Assembly (NCBI GenBank): GCA_965201075.1 | Contig: CBDAVP010000004.1 | Location: 1 to 64,000, forward strand | DNA from: Isosphaeraceae bacterium | GTDB taxonomy: Bacteria; Planctomycetota; Planctomycetia; Isosphaerales; Isosphaeraceae | Length of the DNA stretch: 64,000 nucleotides | Reading direction: 5' to 3' | Part shown: positions 62,579-64,000 of the stretch, piece after piece | Numbering within the stretch: the first letter of the stretch is position 1 | Layout of the letters: each line of letters opens with the position of its first letter | Translations under genes and position numbers: made by a program | The notes under the pieces: model-generated | What the model saw: the letters and a program-made list of their open reading frames with translations, nothing else | What the model was told of the DNA's origin: nothing | The model's database searches: none

Positions 62579-63528
62579 ACGCCGACGAATTGCTCGAACT
62601 GGCCCTACGTCGCGGCGAACCGGTCGCGAGTTTCGACCTCGGTCCCAGTGATGGCCTACGTCTCGATTTGCTGAGGTCGCGCCTCGACCTGCTGCTGGAC
62701 GACGGCCGCGACGACCTGGAACCGCCCCGAGACCTGGCCAAGCGCACCCTCGCGGTCGTGGCCGAACGCCGCCGGAAGCGCGCCTTGCTGGAATTCTCTC
62801 CGACGCGGGTCCCGTTCCGCTGGGCCGACGTGGCGGTCGCCGCGGGCATCTTTGCCGCGGGTGTGCTGACCCTCTTGCCGGCAGTTCAGAAGGGTAAGGA
62901 GCGGGCCGTCCAGGCGGCCTGCACGTTCAACCTTCAACAGTTGGGCTATGCCCTTCGGCAATACTCCAACGCCCACGGCGCCTATCCTTACGTCAAGTCG
63001 GACGAGCCTTCCCCGCGGGCCGGTGCGTTCGCCGTCCTGTTGCACGACGCCGGGTACTTGCCCCGCCCCTCCGACCTGGAATGCCCAGCCAATGGCCCGG
63101 CGGAGTTGTCCGACACCCTGCCCCACTACCGGGATTTGGGCCACGCCGAGTCGAAAGCGTCGGGCTGTCCGCCCTGTCTGCATCACATTGACTACGCCTA
63201 CAGTCAGGGCTACGAGCACAAACCCGGCCGGCCCGGCCCCGCGCCGACGGCTCGCAGTGGGTTCCCCCAGCACATGCTCCCGCTGCTGGCTGACCGACCG
63301 GCGGATGACTCGGCCGGGCACATCCTGCCGGGCAACAGCCGCAACCACGCCAGCCACGGCCAGAACGTCCTGTTCGGCGACGGCCACGTCGCCTGGCACC
63401 CCGACCGCCGCCTTAGCCCATTGGACGACGATCTCTTCTCCAACGCCCGCCACACCACCGCACCGAGCCTTTCTCCCGACGACGCGGTTCTCGTCCCCGC
63501 CACCTTCCGCACCGACGGCGGCTTTTGA
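62575..63528 (+). CDS. Anti-sigma-like membrane protein with DUF1559/H-X9-DG-type domain
   Basis: ATGA overlap with sigma; TM then LLPAVQK..AACTFNLQQLGYAL; HGQNVLFGDGHV. Confidence 0.75.
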   Translation: MNADELLELALRRGEPVASFDLGPSDGLRLDLLRSRLDLLLDDGRDDLEPPRDLAKRTLAVVAERRRKRALLEFSPTRVPFRWADVAVAAGIFAAGVLTLLPAVQKGKERAVQAACTFNLQQLGYALRQYSNAHGAYPYVKSDEPSPRAGAFAVLLHDAGYLPRPSDLECPANGPAELSDTLPHYRDLGHAESKASGCPPCLHHIDYAYSQGYEHKPGRPGPAPTARSGFPQHMLPLLADRPADDSAGHILPGNSRNHASHGQNVLFGDGHVAWHPDRRLSPLDDDLFSNARHTTAPSLSPDDAVLVPATFRTDGGF

Positions 63529-63863
63529 CTCACACGGGGACGATCACGGGTAGAAAGGAGAGCAGCGTGGGCCAATTCCAGAGTCGCCCGACTTGTCAAT
63601 AAATGTTGGCATGGGGGCGATGTGCGAGCCACGGCTTTGAGTCGACTTCGTGAGATTTTGACCCCTGTTTTATAAATCTGACCACTCTGCCTGACTAGAA
63701 AAGAGTGATGCCAGTGTGTTTCTGGCTTCTCAGCGTCACATCATCCCTCCCGTTAATGCCCATCCATCTCAAAGCTAACTCCCGCTCGGGTTGAGGGTAC
63801 AAAGCGGCTTGGGTTTCGCGCAGAATGGGTTCCGAAGCAGAGTGTGGTCAGGGGGAAACAGCG

Positions 63864-64000
63864 ATGAGGCGGGCACCCGACGCGCAGGTCTCCGAGTTCG
63901 CGGCGTTCGAGAAGTCCCAGGTCCCCCCCCCGCCCCAGCCGCCCGCCACTCGCAAGGCGTGGGACGACCGGTTGGAGTCGGTCCGCGCCGGGGTCAAGCG
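63864..64000 (+). CDS. Possible start of a gene running off the window
   Basis: ATG after a purine-rich stretch; open to the end; too short to identify. Confidence 0.35.
   Translation, partial: MRRAPDAQVSEFAAFEKSQVPPPPQPPATRKAWDDRLESVRAGVK

Noticed and set aside
63530..64000. Replication origin or dnaA start
   Set aside because: AT-rich, but no TTATCCACA-type boxes were seen and the partial ORF is too short to assign

Overview
High-GC bacterial chromosome segment, very likely a planctomycete (Isosphaeraceae-like). This is inferred from a PEP-CTERM protein, an H-X9-DG/DUF1559-like protein, a prenyltransferase-repeat protein and planctomycete-type IS4/RAYT remnants. The backbone is housekeeping: kdsA, leuA with a leucine attenuator, pckA, sdhCDAB, rnpB, putA, a SAM-I-riboswitch thrC-like/MoaD/MoeB/desulfurase cluster, lysS, lolE/D-like genes, ilvE, rtcB and an ECF sigma factor. 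Several small accessory inserts interrupt it. (1) A REP-bracketed island beside a dead RAYT transposase encodes an overlapping pair of predicted histone-fold proteins, one soluble and one with two C-terminal membrane helices; this is the best candidate for an undescribed system. (2) A mobile-element graveyard (IS4, IS5, MobF relaxase remnants) carries an intact stand-alone toxin-type Zn deaminase. (3) Two nuclease cassettes (HEPN + BolA-like; EEP + partner) sit inside core operons, each flanked by a short direct repeat overlapping the upstream stop codon. (4) A Thr-rich collagen-like protein lies beside a TPR glycosyltransferase. All family calls come from motif recognition by eye; no searches were run.
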